64,000 nucleotides of DNA from Bradyrhizobium sp. (GCA_035547995.1 DASZTN010000178.1:10519-74518); one strand, 5' to 3'; shown: positions 9,444-19,386, counted from the first letter of the stretch. Translations and numbers: made by a program. The notes: generated from the letters alone by a model not told the origin.

Positions 9444-9459
9444 TGTGGGAGATTCCACA
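9444..9459. promoter_or_regulatory. Putative DeoR operator
   Basis: Palindrome TGTGG-GAGATT-CCACA, just downstream of a TTGACG hexamer (9423-9428) and about 50 bp upstream of the PLP-enzyme gene. Confidence 0.55.
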
Positions 9460-9508
9460 TTAGTGCAGGGTAGGGGGCGACAAGCCAGCGGACGGTCGAG
9501 AGCAGCCA

Positions 9509-10873
9509 ATGCGGACTGAGAAAGAGATTCTGGCGCTGAATGCCTTCGACCGCGACAGGCTTGAGGCTTTGGACCGCGATCTGCGCCGGGCTGTGGACCG
9601 CAGGATGAGATTGTTCGGGTCCGGCTCGGTCCTGTTTTATGAGCAGCCTCTGCGCATGGAGCGTGCGGAGGGGGTCTGGATGTATGACATCGAAGGCCGC
9701 CGCTATCTCGATCTCTATAACAATGTTCCGTCGGTCGGGCACTCGCACCCGCGCGTGGTCGAAGCGATCCGCCGGCAGGTCGGCATGCTCAACACGCACA
9801 CGCGCTATCTCAGCGATGTTGTCGATGGCTATGCCGAGCGTCTGCTCGCAACGTTTCCCACCCCTCTCGACCGGCTGGTGCTGACCTGCACCGGCAGCGA
9901 GGCCAATGATCTCGCACTTCGCATCGCGCAAATCGCAACCGGAGGGATCGGCTTCATCGTTACGGAAACGGCCTACCACGGCAACACCGCGGCGGTGACC
10001 GACGTTTCCCCGTCATCCCGTCCCGGCAAGCCGCTGCCATCACATGTTCGCGTTGTTGCGCCGCCGGACTCCTATCGATCTCACGTGCCGGATGTTGGCG
10101 CAGCTTTCGCGGTCTCGGTGCAGAATGCGATCAGCGATTTTGAGCGGAACGGAATCCGCTTTGCGGGTCTGCTGATAGACACCATCTTCTCCAGCGATGG
10201 AGTCTATGCCGATCCCGCCGGCTTCCTCCGCGAGGCTGTCCGTGTGGTCCATGACCATGGCGGGTTGCTGATCGCCGACGAGGTGCAGCCGGGCTTTGGC
10301 CGAACCGGTTCGGAAATGTGGGGATTCGCGCGGCACGGTATCGTCCCAGATCTCGTCACCATGGGTAAGCCCATGGGCAACGGCTTTCCAATGGGCGGCC
10401 TCGTGACTCGGGCCGAGCTTCTCGACGGGTTCACTGCCGAGGTTAAATATTTCAATACCTTCGGCGGAAACCCGGTCGCAGCTGCGGCGGGACTTGCCGT
10501 CCTGGAGGTGATCGAGGACGAGGGGTTGATGGCGAATGCTTCGCAGGTCGGCGCGTATCTGATGGATGCGCTGCGCGAGATCGGCAATCGTCATATTCAA
10601 TTCGGCGACGTGCGAGGCGCCGGTCTCTTCATCGGCCTTGAACTGATTGCGGATCGGGAGACCCGCACGCCGGCTCCCGACACCGCAAGCCTGCTGATCA
10701 ATCGGCTTCGCGAGCGCGGCATTCTGATCGGCGCCGCCGGGCCTTATGGCAGCACATTGAAGATCAGACCGCCATTATGTTTCGCGAAGGATCACGCCGA
10801 TGCTTTCGTCGCGGCATGCGACGACATATTGCGCGAGGCGTCGATCAGCCGCAGTGAGAGACATCTCCGATGA
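9509..10873 (+). CDS. Class-III aminotransferase-fold PLP enzyme, ethanolamine-phosphate / phosphohydroxylysine phospho-lyase-like
   Basis: YLDLYNNVPSVGHSHP, IADEVQPGFGRTG, PDLVTMGKPMGNG (PLP lysine), YFNTFGGNP. Confidence 0.88.
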   Translation: MRTEKEILALNAFDRDRLEALDRDLRRAVDRRMRLFGSGSVLFYEQPLRMERAEGVWMYDIEGRRYLDLYNNVPSVGHSHPRVVEAIRRQVGMLNTHTRYLSDVVDGYAERLLATFPTPLDRLVLTCTGSEANDLALRIAQIATGGIGFIVTETAYHGNTAAVTDVSPSSRPGKPLPSHVRVVAPPDSYRSHVPDVGAAFAVSVQNAISDFERNGIRFAGLLIDTIFSSDGVYADPAGFLREAVRVVHDHGGLLIADEVQPGFGRTGSEMWGFARHGIVPDLVTMGKPMGNGFPMGGLVTRAELLDGFTAEVKYFNTFGGNPVAAAAGLAVLEVIEDEGLMANASQVGAYLMDALREIGNRHIQFGDVRGAGLFIGLELIADRETRTPAPDTASLLINRLRERGILIGAAGPYGSTLKIRPPLCFAKDHADAFVAACDDILREASISRSERHLR

Positions 10874-12237
10874 GGGCCAGGGACGTCCGAACCGCCGCCG
10901 AGGCGCGGGCGCTGGTGGAGCAGCGTGACCTGTCCCATGTCAAGCTCGGCGTAGTCGACCTCGATGGCGTCATTCGCGGAAAATATCTCGCGTCGGAGAA
11001 ATTCTTTGCCGCGCTCGAATCGGGTTTCAAGTTCTGCGATGTGATCTTTGGCTGGGATTCGCAGGATCAGCTCTACGACAAGCCTTCGTTCACCGGTTGG
11101 CATACCGCATTTCCGGATGCGACGGCGGTGGTCGACCCCTCGACCTGTCGCGATGTTCCCATGGAAGACGGCATGCTGTTCTTCCTGGGCGAGTTCGAGG
11201 GGGCGGCGGCTGCGCTCTGTCCGCGGCGCCTGCTGCGCCGTGTCATCGATCGCGCCTCGAGAATGGACCTGCGAGCCGTGGTGGCGGCCGAGTTCGAGTT
11301 CTTCGCATTCGACGAAACGCCCCACAGCGTCCGCGAAAAGCATTATCGCGATCTGAAGAATTTGACGCCCGGATGGTTCGGCTACTCGATGCTGAGATCA
11401 TCCGTCGAATCGGATTTCGCTCATCAATTGCTCAAGCTGTGCGCCGACATGGACATGCCACTTGAAGGTCTCCATACCGAGACCGGGCCCGGCGTTCTGG
11501 AGGCGGCGATCCAATACACAGACGCGCTCGCCGCGTCCGATCGGGCGATCCTGTTCAAGACTTTCACCAAGGTACTGGCCGAGCGCCAGGGCAAGATGCT
11601 CACCTTCATGGCGAAATGGTCGAATGCCTATCCCGGTCAATCGGGCCATTTGCACCTGTCGCTTCGCAATGGTGACGGCAAACCGGTGTTTTACGAAGAG
11701 GGGCGTCCTGGGCAGATGTCGGACACGATGCGCTGGTTCGTCGGCGGACAGCAGGCCCTGATGCCCGAACTGCTCGCCATGGTGGCTTCGACCGTGAACA
11801 GTTATTCGCGGCTCGTGCCGGGATTCTGGGCCCCTACCGACGCAACATGGGGCATCGAAAATCGCACTTGCGCGCTGCGGGTGATACCTGGCTCGCCGTC
11901 GAGCCAGCGTGTCGAATATCGGATCGCCGCCGCCGACATCAACCCGTACCTTGCGATCGCGGCAGCGCTCGGTTCGGGGCTGTGGGGAATCGAAAACAGG
12001 ATCGAGCCGGATGCGCCAATTGCCGGCAATGCCTACGAGTGCCGTCATGCGCCCGAGCGCGCGCTGCCGAGTTCTCTCTCTGACGCCGCGGATCGCCTGC
12101 TGGCATCATCCGCCGCCCGTGAATTGTTCGGCGATGTCTTCGTGGATCACTATGCCATGACAAGGCAATGGGAAGAGCGCGAATTCCGCAAGGCGATCAC
12201 GGACTGGGAACTCGCGCGATATTTCGAGATCATCTGA
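10870..12237 (+). CDS. Glutamine-synthetase-family protein (gamma-glutamyl-amine ligase, PuuA/GlnA4-like)
   Basis: EFEF, HTETGPG, GQSGHLHLS, ENRTCALRV, RVEYR; ATGA overlap with the upstream gene. Confidence 0.92.
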   Translation: MRARDVRTAAEARALVEQRDLSHVKLGVVDLDGVIRGKYLASEKFFAALESGFKFCDVIFGWDSQDQLYDKPSFTGWHTAFPDATAVVDPSTCRDVPMEDGMLFFLGEFEGAAAALCPRRLLRRVIDRASRMDLRAVVAAEFEFFAFDETPHSVREKHYRDLKNLTPGWFGYSMLRSSVESDFAHQLLKLCADMDMPLEGLHTETGPGVLEAAIQYTDALAASDRAILFKTFTKVLAERQGKMLTFMAKWSNAYPGQSGHLHLSLRNGDGKPVFYEEGRPGQMSDTMRWFVGGQQALMPELLAMVASTVNSYSRLVPGFWAPTDATWGIENRTCALRVIPGSPSSQRVEYRIAAADINPYLAIAAALGSGLWGIENRIEPDAPIAGNAYECRHAPERALPSSLSDAADRLLASSAARELFGDVFVDHYAMTRQWEEREFRKAITDWELARYFEII

Positions 12238-12301
12238 GGCCCAATGGCGGCAGTCCGCTTTGCCAACATGGTTCGCGAGCACAGGTACATTGAGAGGCGA
12301 T

Positions 12302-13474
12302 ATGGCTAGCAACATCACCAGCGCCTGGAACTTCCCGACCCGAGTTGTCACCGGCCCGGGGCGCATTGCGGAGCTCGCTGCGATCTGCCGCGCCAACGGG
12401 ATCACCAGGCCGCTTGTGGTCACCGACAGCGGACTGGCGTCGAATCCCATGATCGCCAGGATCGTCGCTCAGCTTGGCGAGGCGCCGCTGACGGCCGCGG
12501 TCTTTTCGGATGTAAGGAGCAACCCGACGGAAAGCAATCTGCGCGCCGGAATAGAGGCGTTCAAGTCCGGCGGCCATGACGGCGTCGTCGCAGTCGGCGG
12601 CGGATCGGCACTGGACGTTGGCAAATGCATTGCATTCATGGTGCCGCAGACGCGCCCGTTGTGGGATTTCGAAGACATCGGCGATTGGTGGACGCGTGCG
12701 ATCACCAGCGGTATCCCGCCGATCATCGCGGTGCCGACGACCGCAGGCACGGGCTCGGAGGTCGGCCGCGCCGGCGTCATCACCAAGGAAGACACTCATG
12801 AGAAGAAGATCATCTTCCATCCGTTGATGATGCCGAAAGTCGCGATCGAAGATCCCGAGCTGGCGGTCGGGCTGCCGCCGTTTCTCACCATGGCGACGGG
12901 AATGGATGCGCTCGCGCATTGCTTCGAGGCCTATTGTGTCAACGCCTTCCATCCGCTTGCGGATGGCGTCGCGCTTGAGGGGCTGCGTCTGATCGACATC
13001 TATCTGCCGAAAGCCGTCGTCGATGGCGGCGATCTGGAAGCGCGAGCCAACATGTTCGCAGCGGCATCGATGGGGGCAACGGCATTCCAGAAAGGGCTGG
13101 GCGCGATCCATTCCGTGTCTCACCCGGTTGGTGCTCGGTACGATACCCATCATGGCCTGACCAACGGAGTCCTTTTTCCCTACGTGCTGGTCTGGAATCG
13201 TGAAGCGATCTCTGACAAGATTCCGAACATCGCCCGAGTCCTCGATCTTCCGGCGCGGGATTTCGATGCGGTGCTTCGCTGGTTGCTCGATTTTCGCAGC
13301 AAGCTCGGAGTTCCGCATACGCTGGCGGAATTGGGCGTGAAGGAGGTTGACGCCAAATCGATCGCGTCCGACGCGGTTCGCGATCCGACCGCCGGGGCCA
13401 ACCCAAGGCACCTCAGTGAAACCGAATTTGAGCAGCTGACCCTTGCCGCCATTCGCGGTGAACTCGAGGAATAA
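12302..13474 (+). CDS. Iron-containing alcohol dehydrogenase
   Basis: GGGSALD, PTTAGTGSE, GMDALAH, metal-binding histidines in AIHS...HHG. Confidence 0.93.
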   Translation: MASNITSAWNFPTRVVTGPGRIAELAAICRANGITRPLVVTDSGLASNPMIARIVAQLGEAPLTAAVFSDVRSNPTESNLRAGIEAFKSGGHDGVVAVGGGSALDVGKCIAFMVPQTRPLWDFEDIGDWWTRAITSGIPPIIAVPTTAGTGSEVGRAGVITKEDTHEKKIIFHPLMMPKVAIEDPELAVGLPPFLTMATGMDALAHCFEAYCVNAFHPLADGVALEGLRLIDIYLPKAVVDGGDLEARANMFAAASMGATAFQKGLGAIHSVSHPVGARYDTHHGLTNGVLFPYVLVWNREAISDKIPNIARVLDLPARDFDAVLRWLLDFRSKLGVPHTLAELGVKEVDAKSIASDAVRDPTAGANPRHLSETEFEQLTLAAIRGELEE

Positions 13475-13477
13475 GCG

Positions 13478-14323
13478 ATGTTGCGGCTGCTGGTCGCGGA
13501 CGGCAATGATGAAGCGGGGCGTCGCCGGATCAAGGAAACGGCCGGCGCCACCGCGGCGGAAAGCTACCGCGATGTTCTGCGCAACATCGCTCCCGATGCG
13601 GTCATCGATATCTGCACGCCGGCGGACAAAGGCATGCGGATCCCGCAGGCGATCGAATCCTATCATGGTGTCGCCATTACGGGGTCGTCCCTGAATATCT
13701 ACGAGCGCGACAGCGCGTCGTTACGGCAGATCGATTTCATTCGCGAGGTATTCGCCTGCGGGGTTCCGATCTTCGGCTCGTGCTGGGGATTGCAATTGGC
13801 CGCCGTGGCAGCCGGCGGCGAGGTGTTGTTGAATCCGGTGGGGCGCGAGGTGGCATTCGCGCGCAAGGTTACGCTGACTGATGCGGGCCGCCGCCATCCG
13901 ATGCACCGTTGCCGCGCGCTATGCTATGACGCACCGGCCATTCACAGCGATATCGTAACGCGGCTGCCGCAAGGGGCGGTAGTCACCGCCTATAATGCTG
14001 TGTGTGAAGTGCAGGCCGCCGAAATCAGGCTTGGGCGGGGCTTGTTCTGGGGCGTGCAATATCATCCGGAATACAGCCTGCACGACGTGTGCGCCGTCAT
14101 TGGCCGTTACGGACAGAAACTCGTCGACGAGGGATTTTTTTTGGACTTGGTCGAGTTGCGGCGATACGAGAACGATCTTGCAACGCTCGACGGCGACCGC
14201 TCGCGGCGGGACATCGCGTGGCGGCTTGATCTTGGGCAGGACATATTGAGCGACAGGATCCGTTGGACGGAGCTGTCGAACTGGCTTGACGGCCCGGTGC
14301 GGAACGAAGCCCGGTCGCGATAA
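13478..14323 (+). CDS. Class I glutamine-amidotransferase-like hydrolase (putative gamma-glutamyl hydrolase)
   Basis: Nucleophile elbow SCWGLQ and QYHPE His-Glu. Confidence 0.88.
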   Translation: MLRLLVADGNDEAGRRRIKETAGATAAESYRDVLRNIAPDAVIDICTPADKGMRIPQAIESYHGVAITGSSLNIYERDSASLRQIDFIREVFACGVPIFGSCWGLQLAAVAAGGEVLLNPVGREVAFARKVTLTDAGRRHPMHRCRALCYDAPAIHSDIVTRLPQGAVVTAYNAVCEVQAAEIRLGRGLFWGVQYHPEYSLHDVCAVIGRYGQKLVDEGFFLDLVELRRYENDLATLDGDRSRRDIAWRLDLGQDILSDRIRWTELSNWLDGPVRNEARSR

Positions 14324-14592
14324 TGTGACCGACATCGGAGGATCGTTCCGGATGTTCATCGCCTTATCGTTCTCGCTTCGCACTCGGCCATTCAAAGCAG
14401 CATCATTTCGAATGTTTGCTTCCGCCGCATGGCTGCAGGGGCCCATTTTTTTCTCAATTGCATCGAAACGTGACTGCGTGTGACTGATCTTTTTGCACGC
14501 GCGAATTAGGATCGCGCCGTACACTTTCGGCACATGTTTTACGAAATCTGGGAGCATTCCGGAGCGGTTGCATCGGCATCTGATCGGGCGGA

Positions 14593-14609
14593 TTGGCATT
14601 GCATTTGCT
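14593..14609 (+). promoter_or_regulatory. Sigma54 (RpoN) -24/-12 promoter
   Basis: TTGGCATTGCATTTGCT matches TGGCA-N6-TTGC with exact GG-N10-GC spacing, about 70 bp upstream of the Urt-like operon. Confidence 0.7.
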
Positions 14610-14677
14610 CCTCTGCCGCGAACGCCGATGGAAGCTCTGTTCAAACTCGGACAAGCCGGCGCAGCGGAGCGATTCAG

Positions 14678-15919
14678 ATGATTAACAGCACATTCAGCCG
14701 TCGCGAACTTCTCAAGGCCGGTGCCGCGGCGACGCTGGCGATGCCGTTTGTGGCGCGGAATGCGTTCGCTGCAGAACCGATCAAGCTGGGAAGCCTGCTC
14801 GACGGATCAGGCGCCGTCGGTCTCGAAGGCAAGCGGATGATCCAGACGACCGAATACGCAGTCGACCAGATCAATTCCGCCGGGGGATTGCTCGGCCGCC
14901 AGATCAAGCTGATTGCGTTCGACACGCAATCGACCATGCAGCTTTACACGCAATATGCCCAGCAACTGGCGTTGCAGGAGAAGGTCGACGTCCTCCAGGG
15001 AGGCATTACGTCGGCATCGCGCGAGGCGATCCGGCCGATCCTGGATCGATCGAAAACCCTGTATTTCTATAACACGCAGTACGAAGGTGGAGTCTGCGAT
15101 CACAACGTGTTCTGCACCGGAACCACGCCAGCCCAGACTGTCAACCACATTGTCGCCTATGGGCTGAAGAACTGGGGCAAGAAAGCCTATATCATCGCGG
15201 CAGACTACAATTACGGCCACATCACCGCGAGCTGGATGACGAAATTCATGCAGGACGGCGGCGGGTCGATCACCAACACCGATTTCTTTCCGCTCGACGT
15301 CACCAACTTTTCGTCGACCATCAGCCGTATCCAGCAGGCAGCTCCCGACCTCGTCTTGTCGGCTCTGGTCGGCGCAAACCATTCCGGTTTTTACCGGCAG
15401 TGGGATGCCGCCGGTATGAAATCGAAAATCCCGATGGCTTCCAGCGTGTTCGGACTGGGCGACGAACTGACCGCCATGGATACGTCGACAACCAATGGCA
15501 TCATTACCTGCTACGGCTGGTACAACAATCTCGACACCCCCGCGAGTGTCGGATTCGTCAAGGGCATGCAAAAGAAGTTCGGTGCTGACCTGACTGATCT
15601 CGGCGAGCTGGATACCGCAACCTATGAAGGCATCATGCTCTGGGCCGAGGCAGTAAAGAAAGCCGGCTCGGTCGAGCGGGAGAAGGTGATCGCGGCGCTC
15701 GAGTCAAAGGTCTCGATCCAGGGGCCGACAGGCACCGTCACGATGGACCCTGGAACTCACCACACGATCCGAAATACCTACCTGGCGCGTCCGAAGGATC
15801 GGAAGTGGCAAATTCTCGCGACCTACCAGAACGAGTTTCCGGCGGACACCGGTGGCGCATGCGATCTGGTGAAGAATCCGAGAATGAACAAGCAGTTTAC
15901 GCCGGGTATGAAGAGCTAA
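14678..15919 (+). CDS. Urea/short-chain amide ABC substrate-binding protein (UrtA/FmdD-like) with Tat signal
   Basis: SRRELLK twin-arginine leader, GGITSASREAIRP, YNTQYEGG, ADYNYG. Confidence 0.9.
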   Translation: MINSTFSRRELLKAGAAATLAMPFVARNAFAAEPIKLGSLLDGSGAVGLEGKRMIQTTEYAVDQINSAGGLLGRQIKLIAFDTQSTMQLYTQYAQQLALQEKVDVLQGGITSASREAIRPILDRSKTLYFYNTQYEGGVCDHNVFCTGTTPAQTVNHIVAYGLKNWGKKAYIIAADYNYGHITASWMTKFMQDGGGSITNTDFFPLDVTNFSSTISRIQQAAPDLVLSALVGANHSGFYRQWDAAGMKSKIPMASSVFGLGDELTAMDTSTTNGIITCYGWYNNLDTPASVGFVKGMQKKFGADLTDLGELDTATYEGIMLWAEAVKKAGSVEREKVIAALESKVSIQGPTGTVTMDPGTHHTIRNTYLARPKDRKWQILATYQNEFPADTGGACDLVKNPRMNKQFTPGMKS

Positions 15920-15930
15920 GGAGAAGCCGC

Positions 15931-16797
15931 ATGGCCCTCGCGGGTCTCCTCGCGTTCAATGTGCTCGCGGGAATAGCCACGCTCGTGCTCATCACGCTCG
16001 GGCTCGGCGTCATCTACGGCATGATGCGCATCATCAACCTGGCTCATGGTGAATTCATGATGCTGGGTGCCTATACGGCAGTCACGGCCGTCGACGCCGG
16101 GGTAAACGTCTGGATTGCAATGCTGATCCTGCCGCCCATCGTCGTCGGCTTGATCGGTCTGGTTCTCGAGCGGACGATCGTCCGCTTTCTCTACGGGCGC
16201 ATGATGGACACGATGCTGGCGACCTGGGGCATCAGCCTCGGCCTGATCGGCCTTGTCACCACGATTTACGGCAACGTGGTGCGTGCCGTATCGACGCCGA
16301 CCGGCAGTTTCGAAATCGGGCGATACGGAGCAAGTCTGTATAGCGTCGTCATTATCGTTGCAGCTGTCGTGGTGCTGGCGTCGATGTTTGCATTGCTCAG
16401 GATGACCAAGTTCGGCCTGATCCTGCGAGCGACGATGCAGAATCCAAATATGGCATCTGCAATGGGCGTGTCACCGGGTATCATTTACATGTCGACATTC
16501 GCGCTCGGCTCGGCGCTTGCCGGTTTGGCGGGCGGCGTGCTTTCGCCGATTTCGGGCATCTCGCCGGTCATGGGGAGCGCCTATATCGCACGTGCGTTCA
16601 TCACCGTTCTCGGAGGCGGCCCTGCGATCATCATGGGAACCGGCCTCGCATCGAGCCTGTTTGGCGTGATCAACGAACTCGTCTCCTTCAAGACCACTCC
16701 GGTGATCGGCAACGTCGCTCTCCTTGTCACCGCCATTCTTCTCATTCGCGTCCTGCCGCAGGGCATCACGGGGCGCTTCTTGAGGCGCAGTCTATGA
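15931..16797 (+). CDS. Urea/branched-chain-type ABC permease (UrtB/LivH-like)
   Basis: GMMRIINLAHGEFMMLGAY motif. Confidence 0.92.
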   Translation: MALAGLLAFNVLAGIATLVLITLGLGVIYGMMRIINLAHGEFMMLGAYTAVTAVDAGVNVWIAMLILPPIVVGLIGLVLERTIVRFLYGRMMDTMLATWGISLGLIGLVTTIYGNVVRAVSTPTGSFEIGRYGASLYSVVIIVAAVVVLASMFALLRMTKFGLILRATMQNPNMASAMGVSPGIIYMSTFALGSALAGLAGGVLSPISGISPVMGSAYIARAFITVLGGGPAIIMGTGLASSLFGVINELVSFKTTPVIGNVALLVTAILLIRVLPQGITGRFLRRSL

Positions 16798-17876
16798 CCG
16801 TGATCGATCCGGCTCCGCCGAAACCTGCGGCCGGTGCCTGGGCCGGATTCGTCGCCGTGGTTCTCGTCGGGTTGGTAGTGATGTTCGGGGCTCCGCAAAT
16901 CGTGAGCACCTATGGCCTTGTCCAATTGACGATCTTTGCGGTCATGGCGATCTTTGCACTGAGCCAGGGATTCGTCTGGGGCTATGCCGGCATCCTGTCG
17001 TTCGGGCAAGCGGTGTTTCTCGGGCTTGGCGGGTACGTCTATGCCGTATCGGTGATCAATATCGGTGACAGCACTCTTCCGGTGCTGATGGCGATCGTTC
17101 TGCCGATGCTGTTCGCCGGGCTGCTCGGCTATTTCATGTTCTATGGGCGGATCAGTGATGCCTATATCGGCGTCATCACGCTGACGATCTCGGTGATCCT
17201 ATTTCAGCTCGTCAATGCGACCTCGGGAAGTCAGTACCATATCGGCGATGCCGAACTCGGCGGCTTCAATGGAATTCCCAACATTCCGCCGCTCAATCCG
17301 CCGGGCCAGCCCGACAATCAGCTTGATCCGAACGGCATCTGGTACGCCTCGACCGGCGCGCTCATCTTGGTCTACGTGATTCTGCGCGCCATTTTGGCCA
17401 GCCGATTCGGTCGCGTCGTCGTGGCGATCCGCGAAAACGAGACGCGAGCGCAGTTGATCGGTTACGATCCGCGGCTTTACAAGCTTCTGGCTTTCATGGT
17501 TTCGGCCGGCATTGCAGGATTGGCCGGGTGCCTCTATGCCAATTGGGGCGGCTTTATTAGCCCAACCGTTTTCAATCTGACCATGTCCGCCCAGGTCATC
17601 ATCTTCGTGCTGGTGGGGGGCCTCGGCACGCTTCTCGGACCGATCGTTGGCGCGGTGCTGATCCAGTGGTTGATCAACGAAGCGGGCACCCAGACGTTCA
17701 TTGATTCCAATCTCGGTCTTGGGATCGTGCTGTGCGCTTTCGTGCTGCTGGTCCCTCAGGGCATCGTTCCGGTTGTTCGTTCATTGTTGCTTCGTCTCAC
17801 CGAGTCCAGTGAGAAACGGCGAAGTCCCGCGAAGTCTCCCGCCATGCAAGCACACTCAAAAGGAGAGAGCGTCTGA
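16794..17876 (+). CDS. Urea/branched-chain-type ABC permease (UrtC/LivM-like)
   Basis: WGYAGILSFGQ, AIRENETRA motifs. Confidence 0.92.
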   Translation: MTVIDPAPPKPAAGAWAGFVAVVLVGLVVMFGAPQIVSTYGLVQLTIFAVMAIFALSQGFVWGYAGILSFGQAVFLGLGGYVYAVSVINIGDSTLPVLMAIVLPMLFAGLLGYFMFYGRISDAYIGVITLTISVILFQLVNATSGSQYHIGDAELGGFNGIPNIPPLNPPGQPDNQLDPNGIWYASTGALILVYVILRAILASRFGRVVVAIRENETRAQLIGYDPRLYKLLAFMVSAGIAGLAGCLYANWGGFISPTVFNLTMSAQVIIFVLVGGLGTLLGPIVGAVLIQWLINEAGTQTFIDSNLGLGIVLCAFVLLVPQGIVPVVRSLLLRLTESSEKRRSPAKSPAMQAHSKGESV

Positions 17877-18655
17877 TGTCGAACCTTGAAGCGGCAGCTC
17901 CTTCCCTGGATCAGTTGCCGCGAGCGAAGGAGAATACGGTTCGGCCGCTTCTGGAAACGAAAGGCGCGACGATGCGGTTTGGCGGGGTGACCGCCGTGCA
18001 ATCGGTCGATTTTGTGCTGGGGGAGGTGGAGCTGCGCTGTCTGATCGGCCCGAATGGAGCTGGAAAAAGCACATTTTTCAAAATGCTCACGGGGCAGCTG
18101 ACCCCGACCGAAGGGGAGATCCGCTTTCGTGATACCGACATCACCGGGGCATATCCGCATGAGATCGCGCGGCTCGGTATTGGTATCAAGACCCAGGTGC
18201 CGAATGTCTTCAACGGTTTGACAGTGCGCGAGAATATTTTTGTTGCGGCGGGGCGGCGTAAATCGATCGCCAGGACCCGCGCGATTGTCGACGAGATGCT
18301 GTCCCGACTGCGCCTGACGGAGATTGCCAACCTGATCGTCGGACAACTCGCCCATGGCCAGCGCCAATGGGTTGAGATCGCAACCGTGCTGGCACAAGAG
18401 CCGGAACTGATTCTGCTCGACGAGCCGGCCGCCGGAATGACCCATGATGAGGTCAACCGGACAGCCGAATTGATCAGGGAAATCAACCAGACCCATTCGC
18501 TGATCGTCGTCGAGCACGATATGGCGTTTATCCGGATGATCGCCAAGACCGTGACTGTATTCAATCAAGGTCGCATTCTGATGGAAGATAATGTCGAGCG
18601 CGTGCTGGCCGATCAGCGGGTCCGCGATGTCTATCTCGGTAAGCAGGCTGCATGA
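17876..18655 (+). CDS. ABC ATPase (UrtD/LivG-like)
   Basis: GPNGAGKST, LAHGQRQW, LLDEPAAG, VEHD. Confidence 0.93.
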   Translation: MSNLEAAAPSLDQLPRAKENTVRPLLETKGATMRFGGVTAVQSVDFVLGEVELRCLIGPNGAGKSTFFKMLTGQLTPTEGEIRFRDTDITGAYPHEIARLGIGIKTQVPNVFNGLTVRENIFVAAGRRKSIARTRAIVDEMLSRLRLTEIANLIVGQLAHGQRQWVEIATVLAQEPELILLDEPAAGMTHDEVNRTAELIREINQTHSLIVVEHDMAFIRMIAKTVTVFNQGRILMEDNVERVLADQRVRDVYLGKQAA

Positions 18656-19386
18656 ACATGTCTTCGACAAGCGCTGAGAGCGCGTTGCTGACCGTCTCGG
18701 ATCTCCGCTCCGGCTATGGTCGTATTCCGATCCTTGGCGGCGTGTCTCTGTCGGTCGCTCCTACCGAGGTCGTTGGCATTCTCGGTCACAACGGCATGGG
18801 CAAGACCACGTTGCTGCGGACCATCATGGGCTATTTGCCTGCGACCGGCGGAGGCGTCCAGTTCGATGGACACGACATCACGGCATGGTCGCCGACCGCC
18901 CGTGCCCGCGCCGGGATCGGTTACGTGCCGCAAGGGCGCGAGATTTTCTCTACCCTGAGCGTATATGAGAATCTGCGCATGGGATGCCTGCTTAACTCCG
19001 CGTCGGAGGAAGCGACGATCGAGAATATCCTGGCGATATTTCCGCGCCTGAAGAAATATCTCGACCGTCCGGGCGGTGCGTTGTCGGGCGGTGAACAGCA
19101 ACTCCTGGCCCTGGCGCGATGCCTGTGCGGCGCACCGCGCATTATCCTGCTCGACGAGCCGACCGAAGGCATTCAGCCGTCGATCATCGAGGAAATTATC
19201 GACACGCTCGATGCGCTCTGCCGCCAACAGCAACTCACGATTTTGCTGGTCGAGCAGAACTTGAACTTCATCGCTTCGCTTTCCAGGAGAATTCTGATTC
19301 TGCGCAAGGGTGTAATCATGCGCGAGATCTCGCCCGAGATTGCACGCGATCGGTCGATGATTGACGAATTTGTCGGCATGGATTGA
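18652..19386 (+). CDS. ABC ATPase (UrtE/LivF-like)
   Basis: GHNGMGKTT, YVPQGRE, LSGGEQQ, LLDEPTEGIQPS, VEQ. Confidence 0.93.
   Translation: MNMSSTSAESALLTVSDLRSGYGRIPILGGVSLSVAPTEVVGILGHNGMGKTTLLRTIMGYLPATGGGVQFDGHDITAWSPTARARAGIGYVPQGREIFSTLSVYENLRMGCLLNSASEEATIENILAIFPRLKKYLDRPGGALSGGEQQLLALARCLCGAPRIILLDEPTEGIQPSIIEEIIDTLDALCRQQQLTILLVEQNLNFIASLSRRILILRKGVIMREISPEIARDRSMIDEFVGMD

Noticed and set aside
10870-12237. Calling this gene housekeeping glnA
   Set aside because: Its context (Fe-ADH, GATase) and divergence fit a GS-like gamma-glutamyl ligase rather than ammonia-assimilating GS
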